Shown piece by piece: positions 8,227 through 15,391 of a stretch of 16,019 nt of DNA. How positions within the stretch are numbered: the stretch's first letter is position 1; every line of letters begins with the position of its first letter. Source of the DNA: an uncultured bacterium. Lineage in GTDB: Bacteria > Krumholzibacteriota > Krumholzibacteriia > Krumholzibacteriales > Krumholzibacteriaceae. The notes under the pieces were generated by a model, which saw nothing but the letters and a program-made list of their open reading frames with translations, ran no database searches and was not told the origin of the DNA. The position numbers and the translations under genes were made by a program. The stretch lies in contig CAWFAD010000004.1 in assembly GCA_963813815.1 (NCBI GenBank), positions 1-16,019 of the forward strand, written 5' to 3'.

Positions 8227-8682
8227 TTACTTCCGTTCGAGCAGGCTCCGCAGCTCATCCATGAACTGCGTAACGTCCTTGAATTCCCGGTAGACCGAGG
8301 CGAAACGTACGTAGGCGACCTGATCGAGACCCGCCAGCAGCCGCATCACCTCGTTGCCGATCTCGGATGTCGGGATCTCGTCGCGGGCCCGGCCCCCGAT
8401 CGACGCCTCGAGATCCGAGACGAGCTTGTCGAGCGCCTCGCGAGAGACGGGACGTTTTTCGCAGGCGCGAAGGAGCCCGGCCAGTATCTTTTCCCGGCTG
8501 TACGGCTCGCGACGCCCGTCCTTCTTGACGACCATCACGGGCGTATGTTCGATGTATTCGTACGTGGTGAATCTCTGGCCGCATTCGAGGCATTCGCGAC
8601 GGCGGCGCACGGCGGAATTTTCCTTCGTCGCGCGGCTGTCGACGACCCGGTCTTCCTCGTGTCCGCAGGATGGGCAGCGCAC
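8227..8682 (-). CDS. nrdR: Transcriptional repressor NrdR
   Basis: Zinc ribbon CPSC...RVVDSR...RRRRECLECGQRFTTYE and ATP cone VVKKDGRREP...LDQVAYVRFASVYREF. GTG start follows SD GAGGAGGA. Confidence 0.97.
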   Translation of the reverse strand: MRCPSCGHEEDRVVDSRATKENSAVRRRRECLECGQRFTTYEYIEHTPVMVVKKDGRREPYSREKILAGLLRACEKRPVSREALDKLVSDLEASIGGRARDEIPTSEIGNEVMRLLAGLDQVAYVRFASVYREFKDVTQFMDELRSLLERK

Positions 8683-8703
8683 CGCGATTCCTCCTCTCCG
8701 CGG

Positions 8704-9162
8704 CTACGGCCGCGGATCGAGAACCTGGTACACCGTTTCGACTCCGGCCTCCGCGACGAGCGCCTCGCCGAGCGAGTCGGGATAGCGCCCGCCGAGAACG
8801 AGACGCCGGATGCCGGCGTTGACGATCATCTTCGAGCAGGTCGAGCAGGGAGCCGTCGTGCAGTACATCGTGGCGCCCTCCATGCTCCCGCCGCTCGAGG
8901 CGGCTTGGATGATGGCGTTCTGCTCGGCGTGGGCGCCGCGGCAGAGCTCCTGGCGCTCCCCCGAAGGAATCCCCATCTGCTCGCGCAGACAGCCGACCTC
9001 GAGACAATGCCGGAGCCCCCTCGGGGCGCCGTTATAGCCGGTCGACACGATCCGCTTGTCCTTGACGATGATGGCGCCGACCCGCCGGCGCATGCACGTC
9101 GACCGCTCCGCGACGAGATGCGCGATCTTCATGAAGTATTCGTCCCAGGTCGGTCTCTTCAT
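8704..9162 (-). CDS. dCMP deaminase / cytidine-deoxycytidylate deaminase family protein (ComEB-like)
   Basis: [24 protein letters not shown], and zinc motifs HAEQNA and PCSTC. Confidence 0.93.
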   Translation of the reverse strand: MKRPTWDEYFMKIAHLVAERSTCMRRRVGAIIVKDKRIVSTGYNGAPRGLRHCLEVGCLREQMGIPSGERQELCRGAHAEQNAIIQAASSGGSMEGATMYCTTAPCSTCSKMIVNAGIRRLVLGGRYPDSLGEALVAEAGVETVYQVLDPRP

Positions 9163-9169
9163 CGGTGCG

Positions 9170-9198
9170 TCCCCCGGAAAGGTTCCGGGGGCATTGTA
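9170..9198 (-). promoter_or_regulatory. SD-sequestering hairpin with a possible internal -10 element
   Basis: 9-bp perfect inverted repeat (9171-9179 and 9183-9191) covers the SD GGGGGA, 7 nt from ATG 9162. TACAAT (9198-9193) lies just upstream; the -35 is weak. Confidence 0.5.
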
Positions 9199-9208
9199 CT
9201 ACGAGAGG

Positions 9209-10465
9209 TCAATCCTTGTAGAGGGGAAAACGTTTCGCGAGCGCCCCCGCCGCCTCGCGAACCTCGGCGATCGTTTTTTCGTTCGTGAGGTCGCCGAGAA
9301 CCCGCGCCATGAGCCGGCCGAGCTCTTCCATCTCGGCCTCCTTCATCCCGCGAGTCGTGAGCGCCGGCGTGCCGACGCGTATGCCGGAAGTGACGAACGG
9401 GCTCTTTTGGTCGAAGGGCACCGTGTTCTTGTTGACCGTCATGCCGGCCCGCTCGAGCGCCTTTTCGGCGTCCTTGCCCGTGAGGCCGCGGCTCGAGAGA
9501 TCGACGAGGAAGAGGTGGTTGTCGGTGCCGCCGCTCACGATGTCGAACCCTTCCGCCATGACCGTCGCGCAGAGCTTCTTCGCGTTGGCAACGACCTGCC
9601 GCTGGTAGACCCGGAACTCCTCGCCGAGGGCCTCCTTGAAGCAGACGGCCTTCGCCGCGATGACGTGCATGAAGGGGCCGCCCTGATTCCCGGGGAAATT
9701 GAGCTTGTCGACCTCTTTCGCGTACTTCTCGGGGCAGAGAATGAGGCCGCCGCGCGGGCCGCGGAGCGTCTTGTGCGTCGTCGAGGTGACGACGTCCGCG
9801 TACGGGACGGGATCGGGGTGAATCTTCGCCGCGACGAGCCCGGCGATGTGCGCCATGTCGACGAGGAGCAGGGCGCCCGTCTTGTCGCAAATCTCGCGGA
9901 GCCGCTTGAAATCCCACACGCGCGGGTAGGCGCTCGCGCCCGTCACGATCATCTTCGGCCGCTCGGCGAGCGCCGTCCGCTCGATCGTGTCGTAGTTCAG
10001 CATTTTCGTCGCCGGGTCGACCTCGTAGGGAACGACCTTGAAGAACATGCCGGAGAAGTTTATGGGATGGCCGTGCGAGAGGTGGCCGCCGTGCGAGAGG
10101 CTGAGCCCCATGATCGTGTCGCCCGGCTTGAGAAAAGCGAGGTAGGCCGTGATGTTGGCCTGCGTCCCCGAATGCGGCTGGACGTTCGCGTGCTCGGCGC
10201 CGAAGAGCTCCTTCACCCGGTCCCGGGCGAGATTCTCGGCGCGGTCGACGAACTCGCACCCGCCGTAGTAGCGCTTGCCCGGATACCCCTCGGCGTATTT
10301 GTTCTGCATCGGGTTGCTGAGGGCGGCGAGCACCGCGCGGCTCGCGAAGTTCTCGCTCGCGATGAGCTCGAGCTGCCCCTGCTGGCGGGCGAGCTCCATG
10401 CGCATCGCGTCCATGATCTCGGGATCGGTTTCTTCGAGGTACGTGAAGAGGTTTTCCTTGAACAT
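9209..10465 (-). CDS. glyA: Serine hydroxymethyltransferase
   Basis: [36 protein letters not shown]-lysine motif [12 protein letters not shown] and [14 protein letters not shown]; 418 aa. Confidence 0.98.
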   Translation of the reverse strand: MFKENLFTYLEETDPEIMDAMRMELARQQGQLELIASENFASRAVLAALSNPMQNKYAEGYPGKRYYGGCEFVDRAENLARDRVKELFGAEHANVQPHSGTQANITAYLAFLKPGDTIMGLSLSHGGHLSHGHPINFSGMFFKVVPYEVDPATKMLNYDTIERTALAERPKMIVTGASAYPRVWDFKRLREICDKTGALLLVDMAHIAGLVAAKIHPDPVPYADVVTSTTHKTLRGPRGGLILCPEKYAKEVDKLNFPGNQGGPFMHVIAAKAVCFKEALGEEFRVYQRQVVANAKKLCATVMAEGFDIVSGGTDNHLFLVDLSSRGLTGKDAEKALERAGMTVNKNTVPFDQKSPFVTSGIRVGTPALTTRGMKEAEMEELGRLMARVLGDLTNEKTIAEVREAAGALAKRFPLYKD

Positions 10466-10486
10466 GACCGTTCGTCTCCTTGGCCT

Positions 10487-10948
10487 TCAGCGGCCCGGCC
10501 GCCTCGTCGTGCGCGTCTCGTACGCCGTTATCCCGTCCACCCTCCGCTGGTGCCGTCCGCCCTCGAAGAGGGTATCGAGCCACGTCTTCACGAGCTCGTC
10601 CGTGCACGGATCGCCCGCGGAGCGCTCGGAGAGCGCGAGCACGTTCGAATCGTTGTGCCTCCGCGTCATACGCGCGTCCTCGACCGTTCGGCAGAGGGCC
10701 GCCCGCACGCCGCGCACCTTGTTGGCCGCGATCGACATGCCGATGCCGGTTCCGCAGACGAGGATGCCCCGGTCGGCGGCTCCCGCCGCGACCGCCTCGC
10801 CGACGGCAAAGGCGAAATCGGGATAATCGCAGGGATCGTCGCACGAACAGCCGAGATCGAGTATCTCGTGCCCGGCCTCGCCGAGCGATTTCGCGAGACG
10901 CGACTTGAGCGCGAACCCCCTGTGGTCGGATCCGAGGGCGATCTTCAT
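10487..10948 (-). CDS. rpiB: Ribose-5-phosphate isomerase B
   Basis: MKIALGSDHRG, DYPD, GILVCGTGIGMSIAANKV.GVRAA, RRHNDSNVL and FEGGRHQRRV. ATG 10948 follows SD GGGGAGGT. Confidence 0.95.
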   Translation of the reverse strand: MKIALGSDHRGFALKSRLAKSLGEAGHEILDLGCSCDDPCDYPDFAFAVGEAVAAGAADRGILVCGTGIGMSIAANKVRGVRAALCRTVEDARMTRRHNDSNVLALSERSAGDPCTDELVKTWLDTLFEGGRHQRRVDGITAYETRTTRRPGR

Positions 10949-10968
10949 CCGGACCTCCCCGCGGCGCG

Positions 10969-11901
10969 CTACTTCTTGTACACGGACGTCATCCAGCCGT
11001 GCTTGTCCGCGATCTCCATGTCGAGATACTTGAAGAAGAGCTCCTGGAGCTTCCGCGTGATCGGGCCGGCCTTGCCGGAACCGACCTTGATCTTGTCGAC
11101 GCTGCGGATCGGCGTGATCTCGGCGGCCGTGCCGGTGAAGAAGAGCTCGTCGGCGACGTAGAGCATTTCGCGCGGGATGAGCTGCTCCACGACCTCGATC
11201 CCGAACTCCTTCGCCAGCACGAGAACGGTGTCGCGGGTGATCCCCGGGAGCACGCTCGCGCCGAGCGGGGGCGTGAGGAGCTTGCCGTTCAGGACGAAGA
11301 ACAGGTTCTCGCCGCTCCCCTCGCTCACGTAGCCGTTCGTGTCGAGGGCGATGCCCTCCTCGTAGCCGTTGATGCGGGCTTCCATCTTGATGAGCTGGCT
11401 GTTCATGTAGTTCGCGGAGGTCTTGGCGAGCGCCGGGAGCGTGTTCGGAGCGATGCGGTTCCAGCTCGACACGCACACGTCCACGCCCTGCTCGAGCGCC
11501 TCGGGGCCGAGGTATTTGCCCCATTCCCAGACGACGATGAACGCGTTGATCGGGTTGTTGAGCGGATAAACGCCGAGCTCGTTGTAGCCGCGATAGACGA
11601 CCGGGCGGATGTAGCACGCCTTCATCTCGTTGACCCTCACGGTCTCGACGCAGGCGGCGATGAACTTCTCGATCGTGATGTCCGCCGGTTCCATGCGGTA
11701 CATCTTGGCCGAGTTGTAGAGGCGCTTGATGTGCGGTTCGAGGCGGAAGATGTGCGATCCCTTTTTCGTGTCGTAGCAGCGGATGCCCTCGAACACGCCC
11801 GTGCCGTAGTGGATGACGTGGGAGCAGACGTGGATCTTCGCGTCGTCCCAGTTGACGAAGGCGCCGTCCATCCAGATTTTCTTCGTCGGCTTCAAAGCCA
11901 T
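10969..11901 (-). CDS. ilvE: Branched-chain amino acid aminotransferase (class IV)
   Basis: IWMDG, HYGTGVFEGIRCY, YIRP, catalytic Lys in AKTSANY, EGSGENLF, LPGITR and FFTGTAAEITP. ATG 11901 follows SD AAAGGAG. Confidence 0.95.
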   Translation of the reverse strand: MALKPTKKIWMDGAFVNWDDAKIHVCSHVIHYGTGVFEGIRCYDTKKGSHIFRLEPHIKRLYNSAKMYRMEPADITIEKFIAACVETVRVNEMKACYIRPVVYRGYNELGVYPLNNPINAFIVVWEWGKYLGPEALEQGVDVCVSSWNRIAPNTLPALAKTSANYMNSQLIKMEARINGYEEGIALDTNGYVSEGSGENLFFVLNGKLLTPPLGASVLPGITRDTVLVLAKEFGIEVVEQLIPREMLYVADELFFTGTAAEITPIRSVDKIKVGSGKAGPITRKLQELFFKYLDMEIADKHGWMTSVYKK

Positions 11902-11995
11902 TGGCGTCTCCTTTGAATTTGAGGCCGGTCGAGACTCGCTTGCCGCTCGCGGGAACGGCCAATTAATAGCGCTGTCGGTGAGTTCCAGCAATGAG

Positions 11996-12024
11996 ATTAT
12001 ACCCACCGCTCCCAGCCTCGGCAA
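11996..12024 (-). promoter_or_regulatory. sigma70-type promoter for ilvE-rpiB-glyA
   Basis: TTGCCG (12024-12019), 17 bp spacer, perfect TATAAT (12001-11996). Confidence 0.75.
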
Positions 12025-12098
12025 CCCCGAAATTGCATTTTCCCCGGAAAATTGCAGAATGTCTGAAAATGCGGCCGCGACCGCCGGCACACGATCCC

Positions 12099-12569
12099 CT
12101 ATTTCGCAACGTCTCTATTCTTCACGAGATAGTCGACGAGAAGGATCGCGAGCCGGTCGATTTCATCCCTCGTGGCGCGGTAGGTTTCCTCGTCCCCGCC
12201 GATCGGATCGGCGATATCCGGCGAATCCCTGCGCGAGTCGATTTCGCCGAAAAGGATCACCTTCCCTCTCGCCTGCGGGACGAGGTCGTAGATCTCGTCT
12301 CGGTGCGAGCCCGCCATCGCGACGATGAGGTCCGCCTCCCCGATCATCTGCCGCGTGAGATACCGCGTGCGATGATCGTGGAGATTGATCTTGATCTCGG
12401 CGAGCACCTTGATCGCGTTCGAGGCGGCTTTCATGCCGTCGGGGGCGGCGGTGCCCGCGGAGGACACATCGATCCGGTCCCGCCACGACTCGGGCATCCT
12501 CGCGGCGAAGAGCGCCTCCGCCATCGGGCTTCGGCAGCTGTTTCCCGTGCAGACAAAGAGAAGCTTCAT
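12099..12569 (-). CDS. Low-molecular-weight protein phosphatase (YwlE/PtpA-like; arginine or tyrosine)
   Basis: P-loop FVCTGNSCRSPMAE, SSAGT, ADLIVAM and acid loop DIADPIGG. It lacks the distal Cys pair of thioredoxin-dependent ArsC. ATG 12569 follows SD GAGGA. Confidence 0.88.
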   Translation of the reverse strand: MKLLFVCTGNSCRSPMAEALFAARMPESWRDRIDVSSAGTAAPDGMKAASNAIKVLAEIKINLHDHRTRYLTRQMIGEADLIVAMAGSHRDEIYDLVPQARGKVILFGEIDSRRDSPDIADPIGGDEETYRATRDEIDRLAILLVDYLVKNRDVAK

Positions 12570-12594
12570 GGGTTCGTTTCCTCTCGAGGATGAC

Positions 12595-12646
12595 ACCTTA
12601 CCGGGAGTCTTTCCCGTTTGTCAAGCGGCCGGTCCTGTGCTAGCGT
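12595..12646. promoter_or_regulatory. Divergent sigma70-type promoters with overlapping -35 elements
   Basis: Plus: TTGTCA (12618-12623), 17 bp, TAGCGT (12641-12646) with extended TG. Minus: TTGACA (12624-12619), 18 bp, TAAGGT (12600-12595). Confidence 0.6.
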
Positions 12647-12695
12647 CCCAAGGGAAAGCGATAATAGACGACATCGACTCGAAAGGAGCGCACCG

Positions 12696-13049
12696 ATGGC
12701 CGGCATCAAGTTCGGACACTATCGCGACGTCGAGGCCGCGAAGGTGACGGTCGAGGGGGCGCGGGACGTCACGATCCGGTGGCTCGTCTCGGACCGCGAC
12801 GGCGCCCCGCATTTTCAGATGCGCCTCTTCGAGGTCGCCCCGGGCGGCGGCACGCCGCTCCACGCGCACGACTGGGAGCACGAGATATTCATCGTGAAAG
12901 GGACGGGGAAGATCGTGCTCGAGCGAGGCGAGAAACCGTTCGCCGAAGGGCATTTCATCTTCGTGCCGGCGGGGACGATTCATTCCTTCGAGAACGCGGG
13001 CGACGGACCGATGCAGTTCCTCTGCATGGTGCCGTCGGGAACGAAATAG
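12696..13049 (+). CDS. Cupin-domain protein (4-His metal site, TM1459-like)
   Basis: Cupin motif 1 PLHAHDWEHEIFIVKG, motif 2 GHFIFVPAGTIHSFEN, C-terminal FLCMVP. ATG 12696 follows SD AAAGGAG. Confidence 0.9.
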   Translation: MAGIKFGHYRDVEAAKVTVEGARDVTIRWLVSDRDGAPHFQMRLFEVAPGGGTPLHAHDWEHEIFIVKGTGKIVLERGEKPFAEGHFIFVPAGTIHSFENAGDGPMQFLCMVPSGTK

Positions 13050-13090
13050 CCCGCGCCGCGCGGGGTCCCGCCGCGCCCGGAAGGATGCAT

Positions 13091-13119
13091 TTGACAACGT
13101 CTTCCGCGAACGCTAATTT
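13091..13119 (+). promoter_or_regulatory. sigma70-type promoter for the barrel-reductase-ferredoxin-MBL operon
   Basis: Perfect TTGACA (13091-13096), 17 bp spacer, TAATTT (13114-13119), about 50 nt before ATG 13173. Confidence 0.7.
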
Positions 13120-13172
13120 GATATTGTCGGCTTGAGGCCTCGCCCGAAGGCACGGAAAAGAACGGAGAGCGT

Positions 13173-13922
13173 ATGAAACGAGCCATCGCGACCGCAGTCC
13201 TTCTCGCCGCGTTTGCCGCTTCGACGGCTCAGGCGGAACCGCCCATCTTCAAGGACAAGAAATACTTCGGCACTATATCGTACAACGGTCTCTCGATCGG
13301 CGTCGGATTCCTCGACGGGGCGGATTTCGACTATCTCTTCGAGCACCTCGACAACTGGGCGAACGAGCGGAACGGTTACGACAACTGGGAGCTCCTGTCC
13401 ATCTCTCCGTACGGACACATCCGCTACGAACGGCAGCTCACGCCGAACCACTATTTCAAATCGGTCGCCTCGCTCTCCCACATTTCGTCGTCGAGCATCG
13501 GCGATTACTTCGCGGCCTTCCCCGATACGACGCTCTACCTCACCTTCGAGCGCGATTTCTCGGTGTATCTCCTGTCGCTCGACGTCGGGTTCTCCTACGC
13601 GTTCGTGAGCCCCGAGCCACAGCGATTTTCTCCGTACGTCGGAGGGGGGTTCTCGGCCGTCGTGCCGTTCGTGAGCCTCGAAACGCAGTGCTACGACAAC
13701 GGCGAGCCGTTCGACAATCCCGACGAGAGCATCGAAGAGACGAGCCTCCAAGCGGGGCTCCACTTCGAGTTCGGCATGAACTATTACCTCACGAACCGGT
13801 ACGCCCTCGGGATCGAGGGGAAATATCAGATGTCGCAGAGCAAGTTCGACATCCACGGCGGCAACTTCGACCTCTCGTACGCGGGATTCGTGCTCACGCT
13901 GAACCTGACTTATTTTCTATGA
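13173..13922 (+). CDS. Outer-membrane beta-barrel protein (OmpA/OmpW-like small barrel)
   Basis: Signal peptide MKRAIATAVLLAAFAASTAQA; amphipathic aromatic-rich strands, FSPYVGGG and GLHFEFGMNYYL; C-terminal beta-signal-like LTLNLTYFL. Confidence 0.8.
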   Translation: MKRAIATAVLLAAFAASTAQAEPPIFKDKKYFGTISYNGLSIGVGFLDGADFDYLFEHLDNWANERNGYDNWELLSISPYGHIRYERQLTPNHYFKSVASLSHISSSSIGDYFAAFPDTTLYLTFERDFSVYLLSLDVGFSYAFVSPEPQRFSPYVGGGFSAVVPFVSLETQCYDNGEPFDNPDESIEETSLQAGLHFEFGMNYYLTNRYALGIEGKYQMSQSKFDIHGGNFDLSYAGFVLTLNLTYFL

Positions 13923-15133
13923 CGGATCGCGGCCGTTACGACGTCGCCGTCATCGGCGCCGGGCCCGGCGGCTCGCGCGCGGCGGAGCGGCTCGCCCGCG
14001 CCGGCCGTAGGGTGCTGCTCCTCGAAAAGCGGGAACGCGTCGGATACCCCGTGCGGTGCGCCGAAGCGGTCGGACCGCGCGAGGACGTCGAACGCTACCT
14101 CTCCCTCGACAGCTCGCTCATCTCGTCGCCGGTCGACGGCGTCGCGGTCATCGTCCCCGGCGGCGCGCGCTTCGAACGCGAGATGCCGGGAGCGGGATTC
14201 GTGGTGAATCGCGAGGCGTTCGACCAGCGGCTCGCGGCGGCGGCCACGGCGGCGGGCGCGGAGCTTCGCACGGGACATCAGGCGATGGGCCTCCTCTTCG
14301 AGGACGGCCGCATCTGCGGCGTCCGCGTGAAGGATCTTCGCGCCGGGGCCGAGTACGACGTTCGCTCGTCGATCGTCGTGGGCGCCGACGGCGTCGAATC
14401 GCTCTCGCCGCGCTGGGCGGGGCTCAAACGGCACTACCGCCCGGACGAGATCTTCTCCTGCGCCCAGGAGCTCGTGGAGGGGATCGACATGCCCCGGCCC
14501 TTCATCGAGTTTCACCTCGGGCGAACCATCGCGCCGGGCGGCTACGCGTGGGTCTTTCCGAAGGGGCCGGGCCGGGCGAACGCCGGCGTCGGCGTGAATC
14601 CCCTCCAGGCGGACGGAAAGACGGCCCTGCAGTACCTCGACGCCTTTCTCTCGCGGCGCTGCCCGGGCGCCGCGAGAACCCGGCTCGTCGTCGGCGGGTG
14701 CGTCGTCGCGCGGGGGATGGCGCGGCTCGCCGCGGACGGCTACGTCGTGGTCGGCGAGGCGGCGAATCAGAACAACCCCTTCTCGGGAGGCGGCATCATC
14801 AACGCCCTCGAGGGGGCCGACATGGCGGCCGAGGCGGTGGAGCGGGCGCTCGGGCGCGGACGATTCTCGGCGCGCGATCTTTCCTCGTACGCGAGGGCGT
14901 GGAAACGCTCGACGGGCCGGGCGAACGAGGCGTTCTACCACGCCGGCCGCATCTTCTACTCCCTTCCCGACGAGGAGATCTCCCGCGTCGTCCGCGAGCT
15001 CTCCGGCGCGAGAGGAATCATCGGCGAAAAGGGGATCGATCCCCGGAGAATGATTCAGGCTCTCGTTGTGTCGCGCCCCCGGCTTCTGGTACAATGGCTC
15101 GGGTCTTGGCTCGGCGCGAAGAGACGCCGGTAA
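13919..15133 (+). CDS. Geranylgeranyl reductase family FAD oxidoreductase (digeranylgeranylglycerophospholipid reductase-like)
   Basis: YDVAVIGAGPGGS, PVRCAEA, NREAFD, VVGADG, family motif PGGYAWVFPKG and NPFSGGGI. The ATG overlaps the barrel stop (ATGA, 13919-13922). Confidence 0.9.
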   Translation: MTDRGRYDVAVIGAGPGGSRAAERLARAGRRVLLLEKRERVGYPVRCAEAVGPREDVERYLSLDSSLISSPVDGVAVIVPGGARFEREMPGAGFVVNREAFDQRLAAAATAAGAELRTGHQAMGLLFEDGRICGVRVKDLRAGAEYDVRSSIVVGADGVESLSPRWAGLKRHYRPDEIFSCAQELVEGIDMPRPFIEFHLGRTIAPGGYAWVFPKGPGRANAGVGVNPLQADGKTALQYLDAFLSRRCPGAARTRLVVGGCVVARGMARLAADGYVVVGEAANQNNPFSGGGIINALEGADMAAEAVERALGRGRFSARDLSSYARAWKRSTGRANEAFYHAGRIFYSLPDEEISRVVRELSGARGIIGEKGIDPRRMIQALVVSRPRLLVQWLGSWLGAKRRR

Positions 15134-15147
15134 CTATTTTTCGATCG

Positions 15148-15387
15148 ATGAAATCTCAGCATGGCCGCATTGCGGTCGATAAGAGCAACTGTATCGTCTG
15201 CGGAGCATGCGCTGCCGCCTGCCCGACTGAAGCGCTCGTCGTCGAAGGGATGACGCTCGTCGTCCTGGAAGAGCGATGCCGCCCCTGCGGGCAGGCGGCG
15301 CTCGTTTGTCCGACCGGGGCCCTGCGGTGCCCCGGAGGGCGCGAGCCGGGGTGGCGCGGAGAGCGGACGGGGAAGGAGCGCCGGTAA
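15148..15387 (+). CDS. Small dicluster-type ferredoxin (4Fe-4S binding protein)
   Basis: Tail of ORF 14056..15387 from ATG 15148, 79 aa: CIVCGACAAACP and a degenerate CRPCGQAALVCP. Confidence 0.85.
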   Translation: MKSQHGRIAVDKSNCIVCGACAAACPTEALVVEGMTLVVLEERCRPCGQAALVCPTGALRCPGGREPGWRGERTGKERR

Positions 15388-15391
15388 CGGC

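Noticed and set aside
4157..11962. Apparent long N-terminal extensions or fusions in ORFs 4157..5110, 5510..7234 and 10487..11962
   Set aside because: The extensions are Arg/Gly/Pro-rich off-frame readings of the upstream genes. Better starts with SD sequences lie at the conserved N-termini.
12037..12071. Resemblance to the CodY box (AATTTTCWGAAAATT) or a sigma54 promoter upstream of ilvE
   Set aside because: The best CodY alignment has four mismatches and CodY is essentially a Firmicutes regulator. The TTGCA copies lack a GG at the sigma54 GG-N10-GC spacing.
328..12593. Long plus-strand ORFs such as 328..1680, 2455..4272, 4498..5589, 9056..11161 and 10999..11916
   Set aside because: Antisense shadows of well-supported minus-strand genes, expected at high GC, with no recognisable motifs.
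13050..13064. GC hairpin after the cupin stop as an intrinsic terminator
   Set aside because: Only a 6-bp stem and no U-tract.
13688..15387. ORFs 13688..15133 and 14056..15387 as full-length proteins, and minus-strand ORFs 13113..13856 and 13910..15094
   Set aside because: Only the portions from 13919 and 15148 have protein-family motifs; the rest are off-frame or antisense shadows.
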